The position numbers and the translations under genes are program-made. Shown piece by piece: positions 26,857-34,398 of a stretch of DNA of 54,654 bases. This stretch comes from a virus (taxonomy: Duplodnaviria > Caudoviricetes). The DNA lies in IMG/VR virus record IMGVR_UViG_3300044515_000008, positions 1 to 54,654 of that record; one strand, written 5' to 3'. Position 1 is the stretch's first letter, and each line of letters opens with the position of its first letter. The notes under the pieces are model-generated. The model had not been told where the DNA came from, searched no databases, and saw only the letters and a list, made by a program, of their open reading frames with translations.

Positions 26857-27705
26857 ATGACGGACACAATCCAGAGTCGGCTACTGGGGCAAAAGCTGAG
26901 GTCAGCGCGCGAAAACGCGGAGCTTGCCCGTGAGGAAATGGCTACGCTGCTCGGGGTCCAGCCGCCGACGGTCAGCCGGTGGGAGCGCGGTAGCCGCAAG
27001 ATCAGCAACCGCGACCTGGTCCGTTACCTCCAGCACTGCAATGCGACCACCGAAGAAATGGACGAATTGCAGTTGCTTGCGGACGACTCGGAAGTATCCG
27101 TGTGGATAAAGTTTCAAGCGCACACCGATCAAAGTCTAATCATGGCCGCCATCCTTCGAGCCGAAGAGCAGGCAATCCGTATCACGTACTTGTGCAACGG
27201 AACTGTGCCGGGGCTTCTGCAAGCGCCCGCCTATTCGCGCGCCATTATGCAAACCGCCGGTGTATCCGATGACGTAGCTAGGCAGCGCGTAGCCGAACGG
27301 CAGGGACGCGGGCAAGTTATAAGACGTCGAGATACCCCAGTCCAGCTAATTGCAATACTTGATGAGTCGGTCATTCATCGCCAAGTGGGCGGCCCGGAAA
27401 CATTCTTGCAGCAACTACGATATCTCGTGGAGTGCGCAGAGCTTCCGAACGTCACCCTTAATATCGTTCCCTTTACGGCAGGATGGACACAGCTACAACG
27501 TGGACAGTTTTTCATCATTGATTCAGCTGACACTAAGTCGGTAGTGCATCAAGAGATCCAAGATGCGAGCTTCTTTTTCAATGATGCCGTTCACGTCGAC
27601 GACGTCTATCGTCATGCCGTCGAGGAAACGAAAGGGAAGGCATTGAGTCACGAAGACTCAATCCGACTCATTGTTAATCAGATTGAGAAATTGGAGAAGG
27701 AATAA
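26857..27705 (+). CDS. XRE-family HTH + DUF5753 regulator (Scr1/WhiJ-like)
   Basis: LG.KLR.ARE...VSRWERG HTH; VPGLLQ.PAY.RA, R..RQ, ILDESV.HR.VGG, QL.YL, PNVTL.IVPF. Confidence 0.92.
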   Translation: MTDTIQSRLLGQKLRSARENAELAREEMATLLGVQPPTVSRWERGSRKISNRDLVRYLQHCNATTEEMDELQLLADDSEVSVWIKFQAHTDQSLIMAAILRAEEQAIRITYLCNGTVPGLLQAPAYSRAIMQTAGVSDDVARQRVAERQGRGQVIRRRDTPVQLIAILDESVIHRQVGGPETFLQQLRYLVECAELPNVTLNIVPFTAGWTQLQRGQFFIIDSADTKSVVHQEIQDASFFFNDAVHVDDVYRHAVEETKGKALSHEDSIRLIVNQIEKLEKE

Positions 27706-27899
27706 TGTCGTCACTCCCCACAAATTGGCGCAAGTCGATTCGCAGCAATGAGAAGGCCGATTGTGTCGAGGTTGCGAACGACTCGGAAACCGCGCTCGTT
27801 CGCGACACGAAAGACCGCGCGGCGGGTTACCTCACCCTTAGCCCGACCGCGTTCGTTGCGTTCGCGGCATCGATCACAAAGGGCCACCCCGCACCCTAG
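27705..27899 (+). CDS. DUF397 domain protein (Scr2/BldB-like)
   Basis: WRKS.RS....CVEVA....VRDTKD; TAATG coupling to the XRE gene. Confidence 0.92.
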   Translation: MSSLPTNWRKSIRSNEKADCVEVANDSETALVRDTKDRAAGYLTLSPTAFVAFAASITKGHPAP

Positions 27900-27913
27900 G
27901 TAGCCCACAGACG

Positions 27914-27961
27914 AACGGAACCCCCGTACCTGGTGACGCAAGCCGGGTGCGGGGGTTCTGT
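27914..27961 (+). terminator. Terminator-like hairpin after XRE-DUF397
   Basis: ACGGAACCCCCGTACC...GGTGCGGGGGTTCTGT stem with G-U pairs. Confidence 0.55.
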
Positions 27962-28225
27962 GCGCTCTCCGGGGCAACGCGGGGCCGGGCACGCTGGCCA
28001 GTCGGCGGGGGCAACACGCACCGTCAAAGAGCAGTCACTAAACGTGCACCATCGTGGGCGGGGCACTGCTGGCCGGTGGCGTCCACCCGCTAGCAAGATC
28101 TCTCCGGGCGCGTGCGTCCATGCCTGCCTGACACCGGTCACGCGGCAGAGAGCGCTACAGGGGCAGCACGCGCGACGCCACCCGGAACGCACCACCCGGC
28201 AACCGGGCGCGCCGACACCGGGCAC

Positions 28226-28273
28226 AAAAAAAGCCCCCCGCCCACCGGCATCACTGCCAGGGACGGGGGGCTT
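28226..28273 (-). terminator. Intrinsic terminator
   Basis: AAGCCCCCCG...CGGGGGGCTT stem with A7 on the left (U-tract on minus strand). Confidence 0.75.
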
Positions 28274-28288
28274 GCTTGTCGGCGGGGG

Positions 28289-28702
28289 CTAGCCGTCGGC
28301 CGCTACGGGCTCGACGGCCGGGAACACTGCGGCGGCCGGAACACGGACGACGTCGAGCACTTCCCACGAACCGGCATCTTTGACGTACCGCACAACCGCG
28401 ATTTCCCGGATAGGTTCGTCGGCAACGCCACCATCATGCCGTAGTCGCCATTCCGTGCCGCCGAGTCGACGCGTGAGGGTGTCGAGGTTGCGGAATGTGT
28501 AGCGCGTCCCGTGTCGACCGTAGCCGGTGTGCATTGCCGTACCCGGCTGAACCTCGACAAGCGGGATCATATCGACGGGGCATATCGGCGGCCCTACGTC
28601 GAGCCACCCGCGCGCTACGCGAACGAGGTAATCACACTTGGGGCATTGTGCCCCGATAAGTCTTGACCGCTGCTGTTTCGGAATGTTGTCGCTGGCGTCC
28701 AC
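28289..28702 (-). CDS. Hypothetical protein with N-terminal Zn ribbon
   Basis: CPKCDY.VRV.R.WL..G.PICP; RBS AGAAGGTAGGA. Confidence 0.65.
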   Translation of the reverse strand: MDASDNIPKQQRSRLIGAQCPKCDYLVRVARGWLDVGPPICPVDMIPLVEVQPGTAMHTGYGRHGTRYTFRNLDTLTRRLGGTEWRLRHDGGVADEPIREIAVVRYVKDAGSWEVLDVVRVPAAAVFPAVEPVAADG

Positions 28703-28729
28703 CGTCCTACCTTCTTTCCGTCGGTCGGG

Positions 28730-29197
28730 TTACTTGCCGTACGTGGAATAGTGACGCTTGCCGGTGCGTTCGTAGCCGGTGCGCTTTAGCAATTCTTCGT
28801 CGCTGATTTCACCACGGAAGTGCGCGCGGAAAACATCGTATTGTTCGGCGACTTGTTCGGCCGTGGTCGGCGGATAGAACCCAGCGAGGCAATGACAGTA
28901 TTTCCGGGACGGGTTGTCCCGTTCCGATGATGACGGGAGAGCCGCGTATGCCGCGCCGAGGGGCAGCGTTCGCGTGACGTCCGCGAAGTCACCCTCAATG
29001 CGGTACTGCCCCGGTGGCCACCCGTTGAGTTTGTGCACGGCCTCTAAGAAACGCTCCGGTCCTATCCAGGGTGAATCAGTCGGGTACTGCTGTGGAGTGG
29101 TCGCCGCCGGAACGGTGTTGATTGAAAGCGGTTGGTTATCGGGGTCACCCCCAACGCGGGTGATCTTGTAGGGGCCGGGCGCGCCGTAGTTCGACAC
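28730..29197 (-). CDS. Hypothetical protein
   Basis: ORF in operon; AAGGA RBS. Confidence 0.6.
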   Translation of the reverse strand: MSNYGAPGPYKITRVGGDPDNQPLSINTVPAATTPQQYPTDSPWIGPERFLEAVHKLNGWPPGQYRIEGDFADVTRTLPLGAAYAALPSSSERDNPSRKYCHCLAGFYPPTTAEQVAEQYDVFRAHFRGEISDEELLKRTGYERTGKRHYSTYGK

Positions 29198-29200
29198 GTG

Positions 29201-29374
29201 CTATTTCCTTTCACTCGCTTTAGCTGCGGCAAATAGATTGGCCGATGTCTTCATGCTTGACTTGAGTAGGTCCACTAGCACGTTGAGTGTTGCGCGGCCC
29301 CACCAGTAAATGCCGATGGGGAGAAGGGCCACGGTCCATGCGAGAAGTATGAAAGTGAAATCGCGCTCGTTCAT
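29201..29374 (-). CDS. Small membrane protein
   Basis: GGGGAG RBS; MNERDFTFILLAW... single TM segment. Confidence 0.6.
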   Translation of the reverse strand: MNERDFTFILLAWTVALLPIGIYWWGRATLNVLVDLLKSSMKTSANLFAAAKASERK

Positions 29375-29379
29375 TATGC

Positions 29380-29748
29380 TTACTCCCCTGGTAAGGGGTT
29401 GTGGTGGCGGCCTGCGTCGGCGTAATCGACTAGCTTCGTTATGGTCTCGTTGGTGAGTCCGCCTTTGTCGCCGGTGAATACCGCCGTGCCGACGAACGGT
29501 TGCATAGGCGTGAGATCTAGGCCCCGCATGATCCGGGTGACGAAATGATTCACCGGTAGCTTGCGCGATATTCCGTCTTCGTCCAGCCACATAGTGACGT
29601 CGTCAGGTAGCCGGACGGGTTCAGCGCAATCGCAACCCCCGCCGATCAATCGGTAATGGTCTTTGAGCGAGTCGGGCGCCACCTCAACAACGCCGATAAC
29701 ACCACTGGGGTCTACGCGTAGCGCTTTCATTTTGGCGACCACTGTCAC
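29380..29748 (-). CDS. DUF3846-like protein
   Basis: L...Y.LIGG...E.V.L....MWLDEDG...LPVN..........VG.AVFTG. Confidence 0.75.
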   Translation of the reverse strand: MTVVAKMKALRVDPSGVIGVVEVAPDSLKDHYRLIGGGCDCAEPVRLPDDVTMWLDEDGISRKLPVNHFVTRIMRGLDLTPMQPFVGTAVFTGDKGGLTNETITKLVDYADAGRHHNPLPGE

Positions 29749-29957
29749 ACCTTCCGTTTCTTTTTGCCTGTAAGAGTGGTCGCCGCTACGCGACTAGCGA
29801 ACCAAAGGCTAAACATTTCGATTGCGAAACATGCAACTATGTACAGATACGCATTGGCGATTAGGTGGACGTTGGCGGCAAGTATGGTGTTCACCGTCAT
29901 ACCAATGAACACCATTGCAAATAGTTCGTAGCGTGGCTGTCGTGTCACTGTGCCCAC
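29745..29957 (-). CDS. Small two-TM membrane protein
   Basis: Two hydrophobic segments, basic tail. Confidence 0.6.
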   Translation of the reverse strand: MGTVTRQPRYELFAMVFIGMTVNTILAANVHLIANAYLYIVACFAIEMFSLWFASRVAATTLTGKKKRKV

Positions 29958-30355
29958 GGCCGGTACTTGATCGGCGCTATGTCGTGTCCGTCTTTCACGT
30001 CGACCATATCGAATCTCATGAGCGGGTACTGTTCGCGAAACTCGCGCATGCGGTCAACGATGAACTCCTTATCGGGGCTCGACGATGAATCCGTGCGATA
30101 CCACACGCGGCCCCGTTCGCCCTTGACGATTACGGCCCATTGCACCGGGGCTGTCAGCTCGGCGATACGGGCGCGCAACTCGTTATTTTCCTCTTGCAGC
30201 TCGGCTAGCGCGGCGGCCCTATCGGCGCGAATTTGTTCACCCATTTCATAGCGGTCGCCGCCGAACCATTCGTCAAGTTCTTCTGGCGTCCACTCCCGTC
30301 GGTGGTCGCGGATCGGCTCTTCGCCGACGGATTGAGCCATTGTCATATCGTGCAT
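29945..30355 (-). CDS. Hypothetical protein (cassette gene)
   Basis: Preceded by the conserved leader and GAGG RBS. Confidence 0.7.
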   Translation of the reverse strand: MHDMTMAQSVGEEPIRDHRREWTPEELDEWFGGDRYEMGEQIRADRAAALAELQEENNELRARIAELTAPVQWAVIVKGERGRVWYRTDSSSSPDKEFIVDRMREFREQYPLMRFDMVDVKDGHDIAPIKYRPWAQ

Positions 30356-30437
30356 GGTGCCTCTTTTCGTTGTCTCTTCGCTGGCGTGCCCTAGCCGGAT
30401 ACGTGAATCCGTGCCCGGCTTTCCCGGGTGCTAGGGC
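30356..30437 (-). repeat. Structured leader repeat copy 1
   Basis: GCCCTAGC-A-CCCGGGAAAGCCGGG-CA-CGGATTCACGTATCCG-GCTAGGGC..CCAGCGAAGAGAC..GAGGCACC-ATG. Confidence 0.9.
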
Positions 30438-30447
30438 GGTTGTCTAG

Positions 30448-30687
30448 CTAGTCTTCGTCCCACGATTCACCGGCATACGTGGGGTCGAAATCGGCCGGTG
30501 GCAGGCTGCCCGGAGTGTCGTATCCGGGATAGCGCGAGCTGACATCTGCGTGCACTTTGTCCGTGCGCACCTCGTGTATGCGCTGGTGAGTCTCGCAACG
30601 TGCGCTCACCGTGGCGCCAGAACGTGAACGGTGTTCCTGAATCTCGCCGTCGCAACCGCCGTCGCGCTCTTCGATGCATTCCAACAT
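30448..30687 (-). CDS. Hypothetical protein
   Basis: GGAAGGA RBS; ends PADFDPTYAGESWDED. Confidence 0.7.
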   Translation of the reverse strand: MLECIEERDGGCDGEIQEHRSRSGATVSARCETHQRIHEVRTDKVHADVSSRYPGYDTPGSLPPADFDPTYAGESWDED

Positions 30688-30699
30688 AATCGTTCCTTC

Positions 30700-30924
30700 C
30701 TAGGCTTCGTTGTCTAGCGTCACGACGTCAAGCTCGAACACGTTCGCGTAGTACTCGTTCCGGTATTCGTCGGGCCATTCCACGAGTACCTTAGCCGTGC
30801 CGTTGTATTCGACACCCCGCGTCACGCTTACGAATTTCACAGTGTCGCCCCGGAAGTCGGTGACGGTGTCGCCTTCGGCCACTTCTTTGCCGGTCCGGGT
30901 ATCGGTCACGCGGTACTTTGTCAT
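30700..30924 (-). CDS. Hypothetical protein (cassette gene)
   Basis: Preceded by the leader repeat; GD.VTDFRG pattern. Confidence 0.75.
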   Translation of the reverse strand: MTKYRVTDTRTGKEVAEGDTVTDFRGDTVKFVSVTRGVEYNGTAKVLVEWPDEYRNEYYANVFELDVVTLDNEA

Positions 30925-31006
30925 GGTGCCTCTTTCCGTTGTCTCTTCGCTGGGCGTGCCCTAGCCGGATCTTGAATCCGTGCCCGGCTTTCCCGGGTGC
31001 TAAGGC
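30925..31006 (-). repeat. Structured leader repeat copy 2
   Basis: Same architecture; loop TTCAAGA. Confidence 0.9.
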
Positions 31007-31013
31007 GGGTAGT

Positions 31014-31277
31014 TCACATATCGTCGCGCGGGTAGTGGTTCGGTCCCTCGCACAGTGAAGCTGAAAGGCCGTGCGGGCAAGTGGGGTAAAGCCGTTCCGC
31101 CAGTAGCGGGTACAGCTTGCCGTCGAACGGGGATTCTTCAACCTCGCAAAAAGCGTGTGTGCTTGACCGGCCGTCCATAAAGGCAAGCACCCGGGCTTCC
31201 AAGTTGTCACCCTCGAAGGTGACCAGGTAGCCGTGTCGCGCGGCGCAATTGTGGGACTCGATTGTGATGGTGTCCAC
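31014..31277 (-). CDS. Hypothetical protein (cassette gene)
   Basis: GTG start after the leader; ends PTCPHGLSASLCEGPNHYP. Confidence 0.7.
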   Translation of the reverse strand: MDTITIESHNCAARHGYLVTFEGDNLEARVLAFMDGRSSTHAFCEVEESPFDGKLYPLLAERLYPTCPHGLSASLCEGPNHYPRDDM

Positions 31278-31360
31278 GGTGTCCTCTTTCGGTTGTCTCT
31301 TCGCTGGGAGCGCCCTAGCCGGAGCTTGCATCCGTGCCCGGCTTTCCCGGGTGCTAGGGC
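31278..31360 (-). repeat. Structured leader repeat copy 3
   Basis: Same architecture; loop TGCAAGC. Confidence 0.9.
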
Positions 31361-31366
31361 CGATTG

Positions 31367-31555
31367 CTACTGGCGTGCCTGAATCCGGTAACGAGCGGCC
31401 ATCGCGTATCCAACTTCGCCGTCGTCGGTTTCAATCCAGATACCGTCACCGTCCCGGTAGCGCGCGATGATCATTGTTCCACCGGCGAAAACGTCACCTT
31501 CGCGCAAGCTGTTGACCGACACGGTTTGTGTCTTGACTGCGGTTGCGTTCGTCAT
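31367..31555 (-). CDS. Hypothetical protein (cassette gene)
   Basis: ATG start after the leader; V.SL.EGD.F beta-rich pattern. Confidence 0.7.
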   Translation of the reverse strand: MTNATAVKTQTVSVNSLREGDVFAGGTMIIARYRDGDGIWIETDDGEVGYAMAARYRIQARQ

Positions 31556-31637
31556 GGTGCCTCTTTCCGTTATGTCTCTTCGCTGGGAGAGTCCTAGTCG
31601 GGGCTTGATACCCGCGCCCGGCAACCGGGGCTAGGAC
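31556..31637 (-). repeat. Structured leader repeat copy 4 (diverged, compensatory changes)
   Basis: GTCCTAG/CTAGGAC, CCCGG-TTG-CCGGG, CGGG-TATCAAGC-CCCG, then TCCCAGCGAAGAGAC. Confidence 0.85.
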
Positions 31638-31818
31638 CATTGTTCTCACGCTATTTTTTAGAACCCGGATTTTCCACTTCTGGCGTAGGTGGCGCGCGTC
31701 CCGTGTGAGACGCCTTCCGTGCCTAGCCGCGTGTCCCGAATTCCTGTTGCCGGTGCGGGGGCTGTAACCCCGGTGCCGGTCCCTCTTTCCTTGCACCCGT
31801 AGGGTATCCCGATTCGGG

Positions 31819-31834
31819 GGGTGTTTAAACACCC
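31819..31834. promoter_or_regulatory. Perfect 16-bp palindrome, candidate operator
   Basis: GGGTGTTTAAACACCC upstream of the cassette operon. Confidence 0.4.
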
Positions 31835-31889
31835 TAGCGGCAACGAACGTGTAACGATACCTAGCAACGGGTTGACACGAATGGGGGAC

Positions 31890-31935
31890 AAAAAAAATCC
31901 CCTGCCCATGACCCGTGAGGATCATGAACAGGGGA
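31890..31935 (-). terminator. Intrinsic terminator downstream of holin
   Basis: TCCCCTG..CATGA/TCATG..CAGGGGA stem followed by T8 on the minus strand. Confidence 0.75.
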
Positions 31936-32093
31936 CCCGCTCCACAGCGTCCCAGCGAAGAGACGAGAGAAGCAAGCACGAGGATACTAGGTCGAGCAGG
32001 ATCGATCTTCGAGCACACCGGTTTCGGCACATAACCGCAGGTCAGGACATGATCAACTCGGAGCCGGCAAAAGTTGTTGATCATGAAAATCCG

Positions 32094-32136
32094 GGCTCGT
32101 CGGCGGGGGCTCGTCGGCGGGGGCTCGTCGGCGGGG
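32094..32136. repeat. Short tandem repeat (GGCTCGTCGGCGGG x3)
   Basis: Directly visible 14-bp unit. Confidence 0.75.
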
Positions 32137-32155
32137 CCGGTGGCGTCCACCTGGC

Positions 32156-32440
32156 TTACGCGGCCGGATCGATCGGGGCAGGCAGCGTGACCGGCGGGGC
32201 CACGATGGGCGGCAGTGCAGTGGACGCCACGGGCAGCAGTGACGCCGTACCGGGGTCGCCGACACCACGGGCAACTAGACCTTTCAGCAGTGACACGAGC
32301 GCGGCCCCGCCACCGACACCTAGGGCCGCTTTCCAATCGAGGTGAAACGCGTCCACCCCGGACAGTCCGATCACCGATAGCGCGCCACCGACGAAACTCG
32401 ACACGACGCGTTCGGCTAGGTCTTTCAGGTAGGGCGACAT
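32156..32440 (-). CDS. Holin (r1t-like)
   Basis: DLAERVVSSF...DWKAALGV.GGAALVSLLK; follows the endolysin. Confidence 0.85.
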   Translation of the reverse strand: MSPYLKDLAERVVSSFVGGALSVIGLSGVDAFHLDWKAALGVGGGAALVSLLKGLVARGVGDPGTASLLPVASTALPPIVAPPVTLPAPIDPAA

Positions 32441-32452
32441 AGCGGGACCCCT

Positions 32453-33376
32453 TTACTTCGAGCGTTGCGGGAATGCGATGCCGAGTCGGCCGTTACCCTG
32501 ACTGGTGTAGTGAATGGCGATACCTTCGCACCCGTCGGGCAGCGCCCACACCGCACGCTGGCGATCTTTCAGCGTCCCGGCCGTGGGGTATCCGTTGCCG
32601 CCACTAGGGGCGACCAGCGTTGCACTGGCGCCAATGCAGATCAGCTGATAGTCGACGCTGCCCCACGTTGCATTGAGCACCACCCATTGCGAACCGATGA
32701 CGGAACTATTCGAACCAACCTCGATGGGGTATCCGATATAGTCACCGTTGGGTGCGAGTGGCAAAGTTTGAATAGCAATCCCGGTCATGATTCCATCCTC
32801 GACTGTCGGCGTAATCGCAGTGTCCCGCGTAGGCGTCCACCCGTTAACGTATTGATCGGTGTCGACGGTGCCGACGAAACCGGGCAGGTTCGCGGCCGAC
32901 GAATTTTGCCACAACACCAATTGTGGGTGACTCCACCCGAGCGAGCTGCCATACCGCGCTGCCCAGATATCGGTATTCCCGTCAATCCAATTGACGGGGT
33001 CGAGTGTCGTCGTGAGTAGGTATCTCGACGTGTACACGCGGAACGCTACCGTGCCGGTGCGCTTGCGGAATTGATCCCGGAACGCGCGGACCCATCCGGC
33101 CGTGGCGCTACTGTCCTCAATGTCCAGCACCGGCCGTAGCGTCCACGCACGCGTGAGATAGATATCCGCAAAATGATTAGCTTCCGTGACAGGGTTTCCC
33201 ATGTCGGAGAAATGGTAGGCGCCCACTTGCTTGACGTGCGCGTGATCCCAGTGCGACGACCATGCCGGGTCCACGCTCGTCGAGCCTTCCGTGATTTTGA
33301 TATAGAACCCGTCCGCGTCGCGAATAGCAGTCGGCCAATCAATCGAGCTTTGGTAGTGGCTGATATCAATGAGCAT
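32453..33376 (-). CDS. Endolysin, GH25 muramidase
   Basis: IDISHYQ, IKITEG, GAYHF, LDIE, VYT, LWQ, VDTD motifs. Confidence 0.9.
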   Translation of the reverse strand: MLIDISHYQSSIDWPTAIRDADGFYIKITEGSTSVDPAWSSHWDHAHVKQVGAYHFSDMGNPVTEANHFADIYLTRAWTLRPVLDIEDSSATAGWVRAFRDQFRKRTGTVAFRVYTSRYLLTTTLDPVNWIDGNTDIWAARYGSSLGWSHPQLVLWQNSSAANLPGFVGTVDTDQYVNGWTPTRDTAITPTVEDGIMTGIAIQTLPLAPNGDYIGYPIEVGSNSSVIGSQWVVLNATWGSVDYQLICIGASATLVAPSGGNGYPTAGTLKDRQRAVWALPDGCEGIAIHYTSQGNGRLGIAFPQRSK

Positions 33377-33387
33377 CGCGGGACCCT

Positions 33388-34395
33388 TTACTTGAGCGCC
33401 ATCCACCGGAAGGTTGTCGAACTCGAATACGTGCCGTCGAGCATGTCAAGGGTTGAACCGATTGTGCCACCACTTTTGAACACGCTAGTACGCGCACTCA
33501 CCGGGGTAAGCGGATTCGTGAAGTTGCCAGACACTACGGCGGACAGGCATGCGATAGACGCAATCGTCGACGCACCGGCGGTCAGTAGCGCCACGCAAAT
33601 TTGCATACCGGCCTCTAGCGTAATCGCGGTAAACGTCGCGCGTGCTACGGCGTCGGCAACCGTAAGGTTAATCGAGCCGGACGCGACCAGCGCAAGATCT
33701 CGCTGGGTATATCCCTTATAGATTCCCCACGTCGACGTGCCGCCAACCTGGGCAACGGTCGGGAATACCCGAATCTCGCTAATCGAATTCTCGGCTTGCG
33801 ACACCATGCGTTCGAGGTAAAGGAAACTCGCCGTCAAGGTAACCGTGCCGTTGCACTGCGCGCGAGACACCGACGAAAGCTTATCGGTGTAAAAGTTCTG
33901 GTCGTCCGTCACACACGAGTAGGGCACGCCACCGAATTGCCGGGCGTCCGTGACTTGCGCCGCGTCAATGGAAACGTCGGTAGCCGGAACCGCAATGGTC
34001 GCAAGGCTCACCTCGTACATTGCGGTATTCCGGGTGCACCCAATAGCAAGCCCGGAACCGGCGGTGCCCGTGAGCACGTCCACCACAATCTGATTAGCTA
34101 CGTAGTCAGCACGCGCCACGATACGATCAATCCTGGCAAGCGTCGCATGAGCGGTAGCAATGGGGACGATCTTTTCAATAGTGATCGTGCCCCATTCCCC
34201 TTCCATCCAAACCTCACCGGTCTTAACCTTTACCTGCATACCGGTCGAGTCGGCGTACACCAGCAATTCGTTAAGGACATTGCGGAGTACACCGGACACA
34301 GTGGGCCGTCGCATGATCTTTCGCCACGTGTCTTCACCGATCGAAGATCCCGGCCCCGAGTCAAACGGCGCGTAGACATCCATAAGCGTTGCCAT
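33388..34395 (-). CDS. Minor tail / receptor-binding protein
   Basis: PFDSG...W...GV...MQVKV..G...RIDRIV...YEVSLA.I.V...TDAR N-terminal domain. Confidence 0.8.
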   Translation of the reverse strand: MATLMDVYAPFDSGPGSSIGEDTWRKIMRRPTVSGVLRNVLNELLVYADSTGMQVKVKTGEVWMEGEWGTITIEKIVPIATAHATLARIDRIVARADYVANQIVVDVLTGTAGSGLAIGCTRNTAMYEVSLATIAVPATDVSIDAAQVTDARQFGGVPYSCVTDDQNFYTDKLSSVSRAQCNGTVTLTASFLYLERMVSQAENSISEIRVFPTVAQVGGTSTWGIYKGYTQRDLALVASGSINLTVADAVARATFTAITLEAGMQICVALLTAGASTIASIACLSAVVSGNFTNPLTPVSARTSVFKSGGTIGSTLDMLDGTYSSSTTFRWMALK

Positions 34396-34398
34396 AGA

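Noticed and set aside
30356-31637. CRISPR array or integron attC array
   Set aside because: Repeats are ~82 nt, include an RBS and are separated by whole genes; no GTTRRRY ends, cas operon or integron integrase
31494-32345. ORFs 31494-32336 (-) and 31821-32345 (+)
   Set aside because: They cross a terminator, the holin and the repeats, and have low-complexity translations
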